Shown: piece after piece, positions 25,701 through 37,501 of the stretch
Position numbering within the stretch: position 1 is the first letter of the stretch
How the letters are laid out: each line of letters opens with the position of its first letter
NCBI RefSeq assembly: GCF_001949145.1
Contig: NW_019091360.1
Location: 1,795,599 to 1,859,598, forward strand
Length of the DNA: 64,000 bases
Reading direction: 5' to 3'
DNA from: Acanthaster planci
Lineage: Eukaryota
The notes under the pieces: model-generated
Told to the model about the DNA's origin: nothing
Seen by the model: only the letters and a program-made list of their open reading frames with translations
Database searches by the model: none
Position numbers and translations under genes: made by a program

Positions 25701-27094
25701 ACAAAGAACGATGCCAGTACCGTTGCTTCCAGTGTCGCAGCTTCTATTGCCAACGCGAGAGCCAACTCATGTACCACCTCCTGAAAGTCCACCAGACTAC
25801 CACCATCAGCGAGATCTCCCCGTACCTGAACCCTACGTACCTCCCTGATTACCTCCCTGCCATGGCTGAGTTTGCCTGCCGTCAGACCGGTGACCAAGGA
25901 CTAGCCATCAGTAATGCTTCCACCCAGCAACAACCAACGGAACCCTTACTGAACCAGCCACAGCAGAGCAGACGCTACGCTGCAGCCCAGCAGAAGGCTG
26001 TGCTGCAGATCAGCCCAACCCCTTGTAAGCTGATACGATCCACCACCAACAGTTTTCCCACGATCGGCAGCAGCGTGGTGACGCCCACAGTAGTGGCGAG
26101 CACGTTCCAGCCTATCCAGGCGGGCAGGAGAAACTCAAGCGGAGCCTCCCAGTATCAACGGCCGCATCCGCAGACTACGAGGCAGGCGAGCCTGAATGAT
26201 CTGTCCGAGCACAGTCTCCTTGCCAGCAGCTCTCTCATCACCCCGCTGGACGGCGGGCCTGAGGTCATCGAAATAATCGAAAATGACGACGAGAGTGGCC
26301 TGACCGAGGAAAAGCCGGATGGACAAAGCAACAATGGCCTCTATTGCTGCAGTCACTGCCTGTTGACGTTTACAGATGAAAATGGTCTCATTAACCATGT
26401 CCTTACCATTCACCCTGAGACCACGTCCCTTGAGCAGAGGGAAACCACCGAGGAAGGCATTCACCAGCAAGGCATTACACACCAAGACAGCATCACCAGC
26501 TCCAGCAGTTTTGTCGTCACGTATCCAACAAACCAGTCGGCAATGACTGAGGCTTCCCCAGTCTCTGTACCAATCTCACACAGTGACTTTGCAGTACCTC
26601 CGGTCGTGAAGCAAGAAGAGTCGCCGGGCTCCCAGCTTTGCCCGGAAGTCTGGCCGTCAGTTTCGCACATTGACGACAGGGTTCCGAGTGACACTCGGCG
26701 GCAAGAGCGGCTCAGCTCCGAGACGATCTCAGAGAGCGCATTTGCAAACGTCCAAATCCAGCGAAGTGCCAGCAGATCGAGTCAGGACGGCAGCCTGGGG
26801 CAGCCCGTTTCAGCCAGGGAGGGTACCCCCCTGCTCAGCATGCCTTCACCCACCACAACACACAGCAACAGGGTCACAGTGTCGACCCAGACCGTTCCAT
26901 CCTCAGCAGAGAGGGGTGAAGCAAACCCGAGCAAATTCCGCTGTGTCCATTGCAACATCGTTTTCCCGGATAATGTGCTGTTCACCATCCACAGAGGCGC
27001 TCATGGATTCCGTTCACCGTTTGAATGTAACTTCTGTGGCAAGGATTGTGGTAACAAGCATGAATTTGCATCTCATTTGCATAATTGTTCTTGA
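22542..27094 (+). CDS. Spliced Ikaros/Hunchback-superfamily C2H2 zinc-finger transcription factor; join(22542..22747,24704..24791,25694..27094), 564 aa before adding the uncertain 5' exon(s)
   Basis: Three GT-AG exons join in frame and complete zinc fingers across both junctions (VHEQ|RMH, QHVQ|IKH). Four N-terminal C2H2 fingers, one central finger (YCCSHCLLTFTDENGLINHVLTIH) and a C-terminal pair (FRCVHCNIVFPDNVLFTIHRGAHGFRSPFECNFCGKDCGNKHEFASHL) matching the Ikaros/Pegasus/Hunchback dimerisation fingers. Orthology unresolved, so no symbol is given. Confidence 0.9.
22770..23258. mobile_element. hAT-like non-autonomous element in a ZF gene intron
   Basis: Termini tagccctg ... cagcccta, 8-bp TSD ccaacagc/ccaacagt, gaatattcg subterminal repeats. 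Confidence 0.7.
23899..24085. mobile_element. Partial inverted second copy of the hAT-like element
   Basis: tagggctgtgctg...cgcactatggaggcatgtttcaagcagattc is the approximate reverse complement of 23075-23258. Confidence 0.7.
24704..24791 (+). CDS. ZF gene 88-nt internal exon: end of finger 2 and most of finger 3 (not in the ORF track)
   Basis: Acceptor tttttcttttaaactgacag|, donor cag|gtatga. Encodes (Q)RMHTFQRPHKCHYCAYSCVQSTTLRQHVQ. Phases 2 and 0 match both neighbouring exons. Confidence 0.9.
25694..27094 (+). CDS. ZF gene terminal coding exon: finger 4, S/T/Q/P-rich region, central finger, C-terminal finger pair, TGA stop
   Basis: Branch-like cctaac, poly-T tract and acceptor ttcgcag|ata. 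Corresponds to ORF 25625..27094 from residue 24. Confidence 0.92.
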   Translation: MKHKERCQYRCFQCRSFYCQRESQLMYHLLKVHQTTTISEISPYLNPTYLPDYLPAMAEFACRQTGDQGLAISNASTQQQPTEPLLNQPQQSRRYAAAQQKAVLQISPTPCKLIRSTTNSFPTIGSSVVTPTVVASTFQPIQAGRRNSSGASQYQRPHPQTTRQASLNDLSEHSLLASSSLITPLDGGPEVIEIIENDDESGLTEEKPDGQSNNGLYCCSHCLLTFTDENGLINHVLTIHPETTSLEQRETTEEGIHQQGITHQDSITSSSSFVVTYPTNQSAMTEASPVSVPISHSDFAVPPVVKQEESPGSQLCPEVWPSVSHIDDRVPSDTRRQERLSSETISESAFANVQIQRSASRSSQDGSLGQPVSAREGTPLLSMPSPTTTHSNRVTVSTQTVPSSAERGEANPSKFRCVHCNIVFPDNVLFTIHRGAHGFRSPFECNFCGKDCGNKHEFASHLHNCS

Positions 27095-28045
27095 TAGCTG
27101 ACAGGCTCTTTGAATTGATATCTTCAGCAAACTGTTATTGCAGTCAATCTTAATCTTGTTAAAATTAAACATTTTATCAACCATAAATCTTATGTACAGT
27201 TTTGCACCCATTTATTGGCCCCACCCCGAAAAAATGAGATCTTGCAAGAGGTCCATATTACTTGCAGAAAATTATTGAAGAATTTAACATTTTTATAATG
27301 CCATCACTTGACGCTTTTCAGTGTCAAATATATTTAGTATGTAAGTCGGCAAATGTCGGCAAATTCCTATTTTCTAATATCTTTAACCCAAGCACATAGT
27401 TTGGATCCGTGGAGTAATGTGAACTTAAACTTATCATAATTATTTCTGAATCAACAAGTAATATGCCATTTCTGTAAATGCATGCCAGTAAATTCAGTTT
27501 CAATTTTTATCTGTATACTTTATATGAACAAGTTTAACAACTGTACATTGCATGCAGTGCACGTTTTAAATATTTCACAAGTACGACCAGGCTTTAACAG
27601 GACTGGATATACCTTCCAAAACTATTGCATTGCCAAAAGGAAAGACTGAAGCTTGATAACTTTTTAATTTTTTAAGGGAAGTAAAAAAAGAAATGTTCTG
27701 TGGTAATAATGTGACACCAAACAGCCAAAGCAATTTTGTAGTAATTTTTAGAAACTTTTGAAGAATGTTTTTGATATATTTTCTCTGCCTGGTCTGATTT
27801 GTAATTGAAGGCATATGAGTCAGATCAATTGCATTACCCAAGGAATTTGCCTGACAACTATTAATACCTAGAGATTTTACCTGGTAATATGTTTTTTCTA
27901 ATTGAGCCAAAGTAAAGAATGCACTGGTCAGAGATCTCTCTTGTAACCAAAGAAATACATGTTTTCCCTGCGTTGCTCAGGCAACATCTTCATTAGATTT
28001 GGAGTTCATTTTCCTCAGACATACTTAAAAAACATGAAATAAAAA
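27095..28045 (+). other. Probable 3' UTR of the ZF gene
   Basis: AT-rich sequence after the stop, with ATTAAA near 27164 and AATAAA near 28038. Confidence 0.4.
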
Positions 28046-28221
28046 GCAACTTGTATGTTGGTCTTAAGCCTGCTGCCAACTGCAAATTCCCAGTGGAAAA
28101 TGTCAGCAGTTTGTTTTGACTGTAAATGGCTTTCAGTGGTCCAAGGAAAGATCACATTAAATTTTCATTTCCTTTTTCCTAGAATACCGCTGTCGATTTG
28201 CATTAATTTTCCCCAAAGTTG

Positions 28222-28425
28222 AATAAGCCACTTGTGAGTTAAATTTGAACAAAATCTGGTACACTGTGTTACCTGATTGCACAGAAACATAACAATTTGA
28301 ATTCCCCAGACTAAGACACTGTTACTATACCTCATGATTCGGGGCAAGCTTATGTTTTGTTTTTATGAATTTAAAGAACTCAGTGTACCACATTTTATTC
28401 AAATTTAACTAGCAAATGGCTTATT
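28222..28425. mobile_element. Internally deleted copy of the MITE at 37502
   Basis: ~45-bp TIRs (aataagccacttgtgagttaaatttga... / ...tcaaatttaactagcaaatggcttatt); colinear with 37502-37852. Confidence 0.8.
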
Positions 28426-29324
28426 TGGCCCGTGTACCGATGACCTCACACTTTGTTTACTTGTACGCTTTTCCTATGGAACTTAAAATTTGCCACCCTT
28501 ACCTGGCTTCCATGAAGAGGCCCATGTGTAAATAAAGGGTGACATTATCAGTATGGAGGCCAGTGCATTTATGCATTTTGTGTGCACGCTGTGGATGTAT
28601 ATGCCCGCATTTTTGATTCTGTCACTTTGTGTATTGTGGTAACTATGAAGTGCCTGAATGTTTGCCTCAGGCACTGGGCAATGCATAGGACTCTAATTGG
28701 GGGGGGGGCTTTTTTCACACATTATACCTATGGAGCCAAGTCGTCATGACCTGCATCAAGGAGGGTAGTTACATTGTTGTGTGGGAGGTTTGGGAGTGTT
28801 GTGGAGAAACAATAATGCAAAAAGGACCAAAAGAAAATTAAAATGTACGGAAGAGGAATGCATGCTACAAAAGAAAATGAATAAAATGCCAACCATGGAG
28901 CATTTTCTGTGCTTTATTCCCATGCTGTGACATAACAGTATACACCGTATTTTTGTGTTCAATTTGTGCTAAAAGTAGCAGTGGGGCACTTGCATCGTGT
29001 GGGTAAGCTATTAATGCTGAAGATCTTTGCCAGCCATGTTTAATTCATTATTTTTTACTCAACTTGGGCGGACATGAAAACGGGGATGAAAACAGGTGCA
29101 AAACAAACTCTGATTATGTCATCCAGTCTAATAACTTTATTTTAGGTATTCTTTTTGTAGCTGATGAGAGATACTTCTGGAAATAAATTTCCATGAGGTT
29201 GTGAACGATCAACAAATGATGGTCAAGAAATTGTATGTAATGTAGCCTTTTTGCATGATTAAACATTATATTGTGAAGTTGCAAGGCCTTAAAACAACAG
29301 ATGAGTGTTCTTGTGTCCAGGTGT

Positions 29325-29580
29325 GCCATACAAAGTGCAGACCTCTGCACTAAAGATGTCCACATAATGCAGGGTAAGATAGCATTGTGTGGACTTGCAC
29401 ACGTCCACACAATGTTTCCCCTTTCTGAAAAACAGTTTCAGAGGAATTTTTGGGTCAAGGTTATCTGTGGCAAAATGAAGAGGAACAGTCCAGCTTGGAA
29501 GGAGTTATCCTTGTGGGAGAAAAAGGAGCATTTTCCTTAACCACAGGAGAACAACGGAATGTCCACACTCGTATGTAAAA
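29325..29580 (+). mobile_element. Degenerate copy of the MITE at 43918
   Basis: Shared blocks aaagatgtccaca..atgcaggg, tggactt.caca.gtccaca, gaagaggaa.agtc, ggaatg.ccacact..gtatgtaa. Confidence 0.7.
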
Positions 29581-29641
29581 TGTGTATGTGAGTGTTTGTT
29601 TTTTGAGGGTGTTGTTTATTTTTGTTTGGGTTTATTTTTAA

Positions 29642-29746
29642 GTTATTTCATCATGTCATTTTTTGGTGTTATTTCATCATGCCTTTTTTTGGTGGTGTTT
29701 CACATGTCATCTTTTGGTGTTATTTCATCATGTCATTTTTTCATCA
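29642..29746 (+). repeat. Minisatellite, ~25-bp unit, about four copies
   Basis: (ttttggtgttatttcatcatgtca)-like units. Confidence 0.7.
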
Positions 29747-32700
29747 TAACGTTCCCTACTGAGGTACTTTAAAAGGGGCTGATATCTTGAGCACGTGGAA
29801 ACTTGAAGGTTAAATCATTTCCTGGGACTGTTACAACTGTTTGGAGAAAATAACTTCCTCAATTAACAGAGAAGACGAGAGACTTTCTGCAGTTTTATGA
29901 CCGCGGGAAATGACGGCGATATCAGGGCCTTGATGAAGACGGATATGGACTAACATTTGTTCTCAACACGCCAGAATCCGGATGTTTCCACCTTGAACAT
30001 TTTTCCTGTTGGGAGAAGCGGGAACAAGCATGTCCTCTGCATCCTATACGCAGATTTTTTCTCGTTTATGTTTCGACACCTGAAAAAAGATTTCTGTTTA
30101 CTTAGCCGTCTACATGTACATGTACAATCCAACGTACCTATTTCAAAAAGTTCCCCAGAAATAATACAGAATACGTCAAAAGAGGGCGCTAGTGTTAGAC
30201 GGGCTTCCAAACCTGCGGCGCGAAAGTATATATCGAACAGAAAGGAACGCAAAGCTAAGTAAATCAAAGAGACAGGTAGGCCTATGCTAAGATTGAATAA
30301 AGAATAATTGAAGAAATCGGCATACTTACTGTAGAGTAGGCCTACCACATATTTAGATAAATGCGCCTTCTCTGTTTTCCCTGTCAACAGGGGTCTCTGT
30401 ATTTTGTTAACCAACATGAGTCATGACCATACCATGCATGATGACCAAGCCCAACTTGACGGTGGGGGGAACCCGTCTGTCAAAATTGAGGGGGGGGTCT
30501 AAGTCATCCCCACCCAAGGAACTGTATCCTAGAGTAAAAGGATGTGATTTTACTCCAGGGTGACGCTTTTAATGGCCTGAAAATGTTGCTATGTTTGAAT
30601 TTTGATCCTGTTTACATCCTACATGATGGACATTGGAGGTAGGGAGGGGCATGAGGGGGTCCCTGACTTCTTACAATTCTTAGGTGCTGAGTTGGTTTCG
30701 TCAGGTCCTGGTGTGCTGACCGTGGCATGAATTTTGGGAGGTGGAAAGAGTGAAGAAAAATAACACACGGAAATACACATGGAAAGGACAAACGGGGTTG
30801 AAATTCACCAATTTTCAGCACTGGAAATACACTGTGAATGTACAGTATGTGTAATTTTTTAAAAAGGCGGTGCTTAACATCCCAACCACATGCAAGGATC
30901 ATTCAATTTATAAAGGGGCTGCCCTTTTTTTATCAGGTTTGATAGTGAGTTTCAACCCTAAATGTAGCTGAGTATTTTGGACCATCTCACATCTGGGGGG
31001 GGGGGATCCTCCCAAGAATGTGTCAGTACGTGCCTGATTTTTTCTAAAAATTATCGTTCATGTAAAAATGCTCCTTGTCAGTGAGTTTCAACTTAATATA
31101 ATGTATGGTTTAGTGTTATGATTATGTGAAGTTGAAGGTCACACACCTGCTGGTCTGCATGCATGGAACACAGCGCTGGAGATTTACATTGTTGGCTGTC
31201 CTGTCTTTGAAAAATGGGCACTGCACAAGAACAGTCCATTTGATTTTGAAAACATTTGCATCAAAATGACGGCAACAAGTTACTAAAAAAATTCTTAAGG
31301 GTTCAGCACTGCAGTGGTATTGGAAAAAATGTTTTGGATGTGGATCCTCATCCCACCTGGGCCGTTCAGGGTTAAACACATTTGATAGAGCAAAGATGAT
31401 TTGGCAGAGCCGAACAAAACTAAAATAATTTACCTTTCAAATTTTGTTTTTTTCTCATTGTACTGACAAAATGACAATTTCTGACTTGATCACTCAATCA
31501 TGATGGGTCGTAATGCTTTATTCAACCCGAATCTTAAATTAATCATGTTAAAATTAAACTTTTCTTGTTAGAATAATTGGCTTAGAAGATCTGAATGTTT
31601 GCACTACACCTTATTTTAATGCCAATAACTTTAACAAATTGAAAAAAAAGAGTTCACAAATAGGTTTTTCTTGCAAAAATATCCCAAAATGTCAAGGGTG
31701 GATCTTGGTAGATTTTGTCAACTTGTGGTGAAAGTTAGGAGAATTTTGTCAGTTTAGAGCTTCACCATATTGACGACCCTCCAAAAATCATTGTTATTTT
31801 CACTACAGAATATGAAACTTAAATCAACATTTCTTGGTCCTTCAGCCAGATATTTTCCAATCAGTCAAAGAATTGAACAGCTCAAAATCTCATGTTTAAA
31901 AGTTGTTTGCTTTTCTTCTGAAGAAGCATGTATGTATTATTTTGATATTCTCTCAAAAGATAATAGATCTGGTGATCTGAAATGGTAAGTGTGACTTATT
32001 TGTACATAAATTAGGATTGTATCTCTTTTGGCCTACCTAAAATAAAAATCATCAACCACAGATCTGTATCCACATATTATGTTCGTGTTTTTATGGAATT
32101 CGTCATTTTGTTTAAGTTAATTTGACTTTGTGTCATAGTAGTGTGAGTTTTTGAATTGTCTTCAATCTGTTGCTTAATTTTTTATTTTTATCTCTTAAAG
32201 TTTGGTGACTTGGGCTGGAAAAAGCTTATCAGAAAATCATGTCATCTGTGCGTAATTTTAAAAGGGCCACAAGTGAAATTTTCAGTCATTTTCAGCTTGT
32301 CATCCCACTGTGTTGAATTTATGGAACCATGCATTTCAAGTATTTTACTGGAGCTCTTTAAATTGCACTTTTGTGTTTTATCATATTCAAATTTTTGTTT
32401 AGCTGTTTTTAATCTGTAGGCCTACTTTAGAGCCTGTTTTGTTTTTCTGCAAATGCCAATTTGCATCTTCATGAGCAAAACTGTGATGTTATCCCGGGCA
32501 CTGAACTTCAACATTACATTGATTTATAGGCTGCACTAAACTGCTGGAATTTTCAAATATTTTGCTGGCTTAGCTGAATTTCCATTTCTTTGGCATTTTA
32601 GTTCTGTTATTTGGCAATAAGCGAGTGAGCGCCATTTTCTCAGAAACGTTTTCAAAGAACACATTTTTGGGTTCAACAAACATGAAGATGTAAACTGAGC

Positions 32701-33093
32701 AGTGTCTTCTCTTATTTGCATCACAGCAATAGCGCCCCCACTCGTCCAGAAAAGCGTGGACAACTCCAGATTTTAAAACATTCCACTTTTCGCATAGTGA
32801 AGACGAGTACCAAGAGAAGTCTATTAAGACTGATCAGTGAGCGTGCGCTGGAAAAAAGTCTGATGGATCCTTTGATGAATAATGAATGAACCAAACGTTT
32901 ATCATCTGCAGTCGTAAAAATGGTGCTCTGCCGATGTGAGGGTGCATTCCACGAAATCGGTAGATTCCCCTGCGGCGATCGCGAGCTCATAAATGTTCTT
33001 AGCCCCACAAATAGGGCTGTACTAGTGGCTCGCTTTTACAATCTGTCTCTTATCTGTCGCCACCACAGCCCTACTTCAAGGCATGTCTTAAAT

Positions 33094-34915
33094 TAGCCCA
33101 GGTTGGACTTTGTCTTCATTTCATTACGACTGACGTCCAGAGTATAAAAGTTGTGTACAAAACGACCACAAAATTGGTTCTAATTTTTATTGATTTACCT
33201 TGTTGAAGAAACTAATTTTTCACGTTTACAAGTTCTTCATGGCCTTATCTATCTGTCTGGGGGGTTAAGAATTTCAGAACAAACCATGGACTGCAAAATT
33301 GAGGAAAATAAGTGAGAGACAACGTTATTTTTGTAGACGTAATTCATCCGTTTTCGAGTTGTAAAGTGCCCGAAGGTGAGTGGAATCCGAGCTGCGTGCA
33401 CGCACTACGCGTGTGCGATTTCCAGTGACGGTCTGTTGCACGCCTGCATGCTCCACGGAGGCCGTGACTGGTACCCGGCTTTAACCCGCCTGCCGTCGAT
33501 CCGATATAAAAAATGCAGTTGTTTTTGTCGGATCGGGGGCCTTAGACTGACCAATTAACCCACTATTGGTTACCCCTAAAATGTTCATATTTTGTTCTGC
33601 TTTACATTTCGGTTTACAAACATAATTTTGCGACACAAGCCGCTATTTTATAAGAATAACCTCGGTTAGCGTAGAAGGCTTTGTATGTGCAGGGTTCTTG
33701 TAGTTTACGGCAAGAAGTTCATCAACGATCTCTCTTTGAAGTGTTTAATTTATGTGTTTAATTTGCTCGTTTGTCGGTTAAAGATGTATAAATACACAAC
33801 ATTGTAGAGATCCGATTTTTATTAAAATGAAACTGTAACTTATCTTGATAATTGAAGAATAAAAAGAGGATTACATTGCGGGCATGATGATCGTGATGAA
33901 CAGGCGAGAGCGATGCTACACTGATCGGGAACTCAGTATGCAGAGGTAGCTCTGACGCGCGCACGTGAATTGGTAACTTTAGCATTAACGAGTTGGATTT
34001 TAGAACAATGGACAGATAGCTAGACTGTGTCGAGAGATCAAGATTGTTAATCGCCGTGTTTGACTCTCATATTAGTCTAGTTTATTAAAAAAAATTACCT
34101 AGCCAGCGCTTTCTGGAAAAGCTCTCCATCTCTAAAAATAATGTATTCGGTATAACTTTTTAAATGGAACAAATCAACAGATATTAGTAAATTGCTAGCA
34201 ACAGAAATGTGCCAAAGCCTTGCTGGATAATACCCTCTCCCCTCGACACGGAACTGCCGGGTCCCTGAACTTCTACAGAAGTTTGTGGACACCTTTTGTC
34301 TGTCTATTTTAAGTCCACCACACATAATACATGCTCAGAAATGGCCAGGATTTGTACAAATCGTGAAGGTTAACTTTCCCGTACTGGCCGTAGTAGACTC
34401 GGCTTGCGTGCAGGTAACTATATAGGCCAACTGTCACCAACGCACGCCACAGCCTTGCACCCTGCCCGATGTAGTGTGTAGTACTCGTCATGGAGATCAA
34501 TGGTATTCGTGGCTGAAAACCACCGTGCCGTTGTGCTGTTAACGTTTTTGAAACCAGTGGATTCATTTCAACTTCAGTTTCGCTGGTTCCAGTAAGAGCA
34601 TAGTTTGGATGTGCGTACGCAGCTCGGAATCTCGTACGTCGAATGGTCGCGCGCGCACACTGTACGAACTACATTGTAGAACGGCTGAAAACAGTCTACA
34701 ACAATGGCAAGAATTAACGTTACGTCCGACTTTATTTTCCCGCTTTTGTCTTTGGTGGTAATGTGTCGAATTTCTTAACCCACCAAAGTGGAGATAAGGA
34801 CGCATAGGAGTTAAAGGCGTGAAATTAGCTCCTTGGAAAAGGTAGAAGTGTTCATACCATTTATACGCTGGACTCCCTCCGTAACGTAGTACGGTCAGGG
34901 AGTCCACCTGAGCTA
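33094..34915. mobile_element. Nested 1.8-kb element, TAG..CTA termini, 9-bp TSD, inserted in the left TIR of the outer element
   Basis: gtcttaaat|tagcccaggttggact ... agtccacctgagcta|gttttaaat. Subterminal hairpin ggactccctccgta..tacggtcagggagtcc at 34870-34905. Confidence 0.8.
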
Positions 34916-35448
34916 GTTTTAAATGACTGAAATCCAAACTGCGGGATTGTCACAAACTTTGAATCCTAATATCTTCCGAAATGAGAGTGACTCGACAATT
35001 TTACTTACACCGGCGTATTTTTTAGAGTTTGCATTTTTATTTTAACCCCCTAAAGCTTTCCAAAACCGATGTATGGCGCCTTGAAAAAAAAACCAGCCTG
35101 TAGTATTACAGTGCTGACCACGGGCGGCGCCATTTTGAAAAACGAAGGCAGCACTTCTTGCGTCGGATTTCAAGGCACCCGGTAGGCGCTCTGGGAACGT
35201 TGTACCATACAAAACTGGTTCCCTGTCATACCTGTCATACCTTTCGTGACAGACGAACAAGGAACCGGTGAAATTAAATTTGAATAACATTAATATGCAT
35301 GTACTGTATCACGCTCCACGGCCACACACACATATGCAGCAAGGTATGACACGGAGAGAACCCCCCCCCGCTTTGTGTTGGTCATTGTCTCGCAGGAATC
35401 TGGGGAATTCCTTTCAGACATCTTGGGGGGGGATGTGTTAAGTAACAA

Positions 35449-35553
35449 NNNNNNNNNNNNNNNNNNNNNNNNNNNNNNNNNNNNNNNNNNNNNNNNNNNN
35501 NNNNNNNNNNNNNNNNNNNNNNNNNNNNNNNNNNNNNNNNNNNNNNNNNNNNN
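35449..35553. other. Assembly gap (105 N)
   Basis: Run of N at the centre of the long inverted repeat. Confidence 1.
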
Positions 35554-37501
35554 ATTTCTTGCTGGGTATAGGACCTTACACTTGCAAAGTCCGCGCGCCA
35601 CTTATTACTAAGCAATACTGTGACAACATGAATTATGCATCTCGGCACCTGTCGGCTGCCCTGACTTCCGACGAACGAAGTGCTGCCTTCATTTTTCAAA
35701 ATGGCACCGCCCGTGGTCAGCATGTGATACTGCAGGCCGGGTTTTTCAAGGCGCCATACATCGGAAAATTTACGATTCTTGAAAGCTTTAGGGTGCTCGT
35801 ATGAAAGTTGAAACTCTGAGGAATACGCCAGTGTAAGTAAAATTGTCGAGTCATTCTCATTTCAGAAGAAATTAGGATTCAAAGTTTGTGACAATCCTGC
35901 AGTTTGGATTTCAGGCATTTAAGTCATGCCTTGAAGTAGGGCTGTGGTGGCGACAGATAAGAGGCAGATTGTGAATAAGAGAGCCACTATAGCCCTGTTT
36001 GTGGTGCTAAAATGTTCTGTGATCCCTCGATTTATTTACAAGAGGTACCACAGTCGAGACTGATTGTGGAAATATTTCTACAAATGAAGGATTTGAAACT
36101 CGTGGCTTCCAACTCGGGATGTTTCGTTCACAAAATCCTCTCGGGACTGATTTGCATATAGAGGCAGGGACTCTCGTGGGTGAGGATAGATGGAAAAGAA
36201 AAGGACGTAGCTAACTCTAGTGAATTTGAAAAGAAAATCGTCAAACCGGTCATAATCTGGAGTTTTCAGTGAAACTTGCATTGTTAACGTCGGAGCTACT
36301 TTTGTTCGTTATCTATGGGCGCATTAATTTATGACTTTGTCTTAGTGAAGCGCAACCGTTAATCTCTGTACTTATGCCCATCCGATCACAGGAGGGCGCT
36401 GTTACTAAGGCTTCTGCGTGGTGCACATCCAGTAAGTATGCAGAAAACTGCTTCCGCCGGCCAAATCACAATTTGTAATTCATTCAAGTTCTCTACGAAA
36501 CAGAGCATTTTGTGGCCCATGAACCTTAAGACTTGTAGAAAAGACAGGTTTGGGCGAGCAAAAAAAAGTAGCTTGTGTTTTAGTGAGATTTGGAAGGAAT
36601 CGGTGCCTGAAAACGGTATATTTTCGAGAAGTGTTAACAATCGATTTTTCAAAATGGCGAGGGGCTTCACGACTGCATATATTTTCTGTAGAGAAAGAAT
36701 CTTCAAAAGTCATCGGTTAATAAATGGACATTCGAAAAGACAATGAACAGTCATATAAATGGGCTTTAGTTTGATGTGTGTGTCGAATGCCTGAGAAAGT
36801 TGTGAGTTTTTCCCCCTGGTTTTTGAAGTTGATCTTTTTATCACTGTCGGCTATGGCAGTTTATTTACCAGCTTGCCCCCTCCTGAATCTAGTTTAACGA
36901 ACCTTCGTTGGCCACTCACACCGAGTGTGTGTACGCACGCTACATTCACAATTACTGTTTTCCAAATTTCCTTGTTAATGTTCAGCACTGATTCAATCCC
37001 TGTTTTTTTTCCGCAATCAGTCAGAACATTAACAGAGAGACTCGGAACCAGTCTATTGGGACCAAAGGTGGTGTTCGCTCTTTGCACGTTGCCGCCATAG
37101 GCAACTTTACGCAATAAATGTACCCGGTTCAGTGATTCCTGTGTATGTTGCTTGGTAATTTTGCGCGTGCTGTGTTAGTTCTTATACCATGCGATTGGAC
37201 AAAGTGATTCTGACGCGTTGTACAAGCTGCATGGTGTTGCTGCTCGATTCTTCGGTTCATAGCTCTGTATGAGACAAAACCAGAAGACTATGAAGCCAAA
37301 TCGAGTATCAGTCTGCGAAATACTCGCTTGCATACAAGAGCCTACGATAAACGAGTATATCTGGTAACAAGTAATGAAATGCACCCTCTAAACTGGCAGC
37401 AGAGGCGAGAATCTGTGTCACAGACTCGAGAATCTGTGTCACAGACTCGGGCGATGATAGGGAACAACTCCAAAACGTGCTGCCGTGGACAGTACGGGCA
37501 G

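Larger units (their letters stand above)
33000..36009. mobile_element. Non-autonomous DNA transposon, TAG..CTA termini, ~370-bp TIRs, perfect 9-bp TSD (AcademH-like)
   Basis: aaatgttct|tagccccacaaatagggct ... agccctgtttgtggtgcta|aaatgttct. The right arm (35640-36009) is the inverse of 33000-33093 plus 34925-35190. Confidence 0.85.

Noticed and set aside
25424..26988. Minus-strand ORFs overlapping the large ZF exon
   Set aside because: These are antisense shadows of a GC-rich coding exon.
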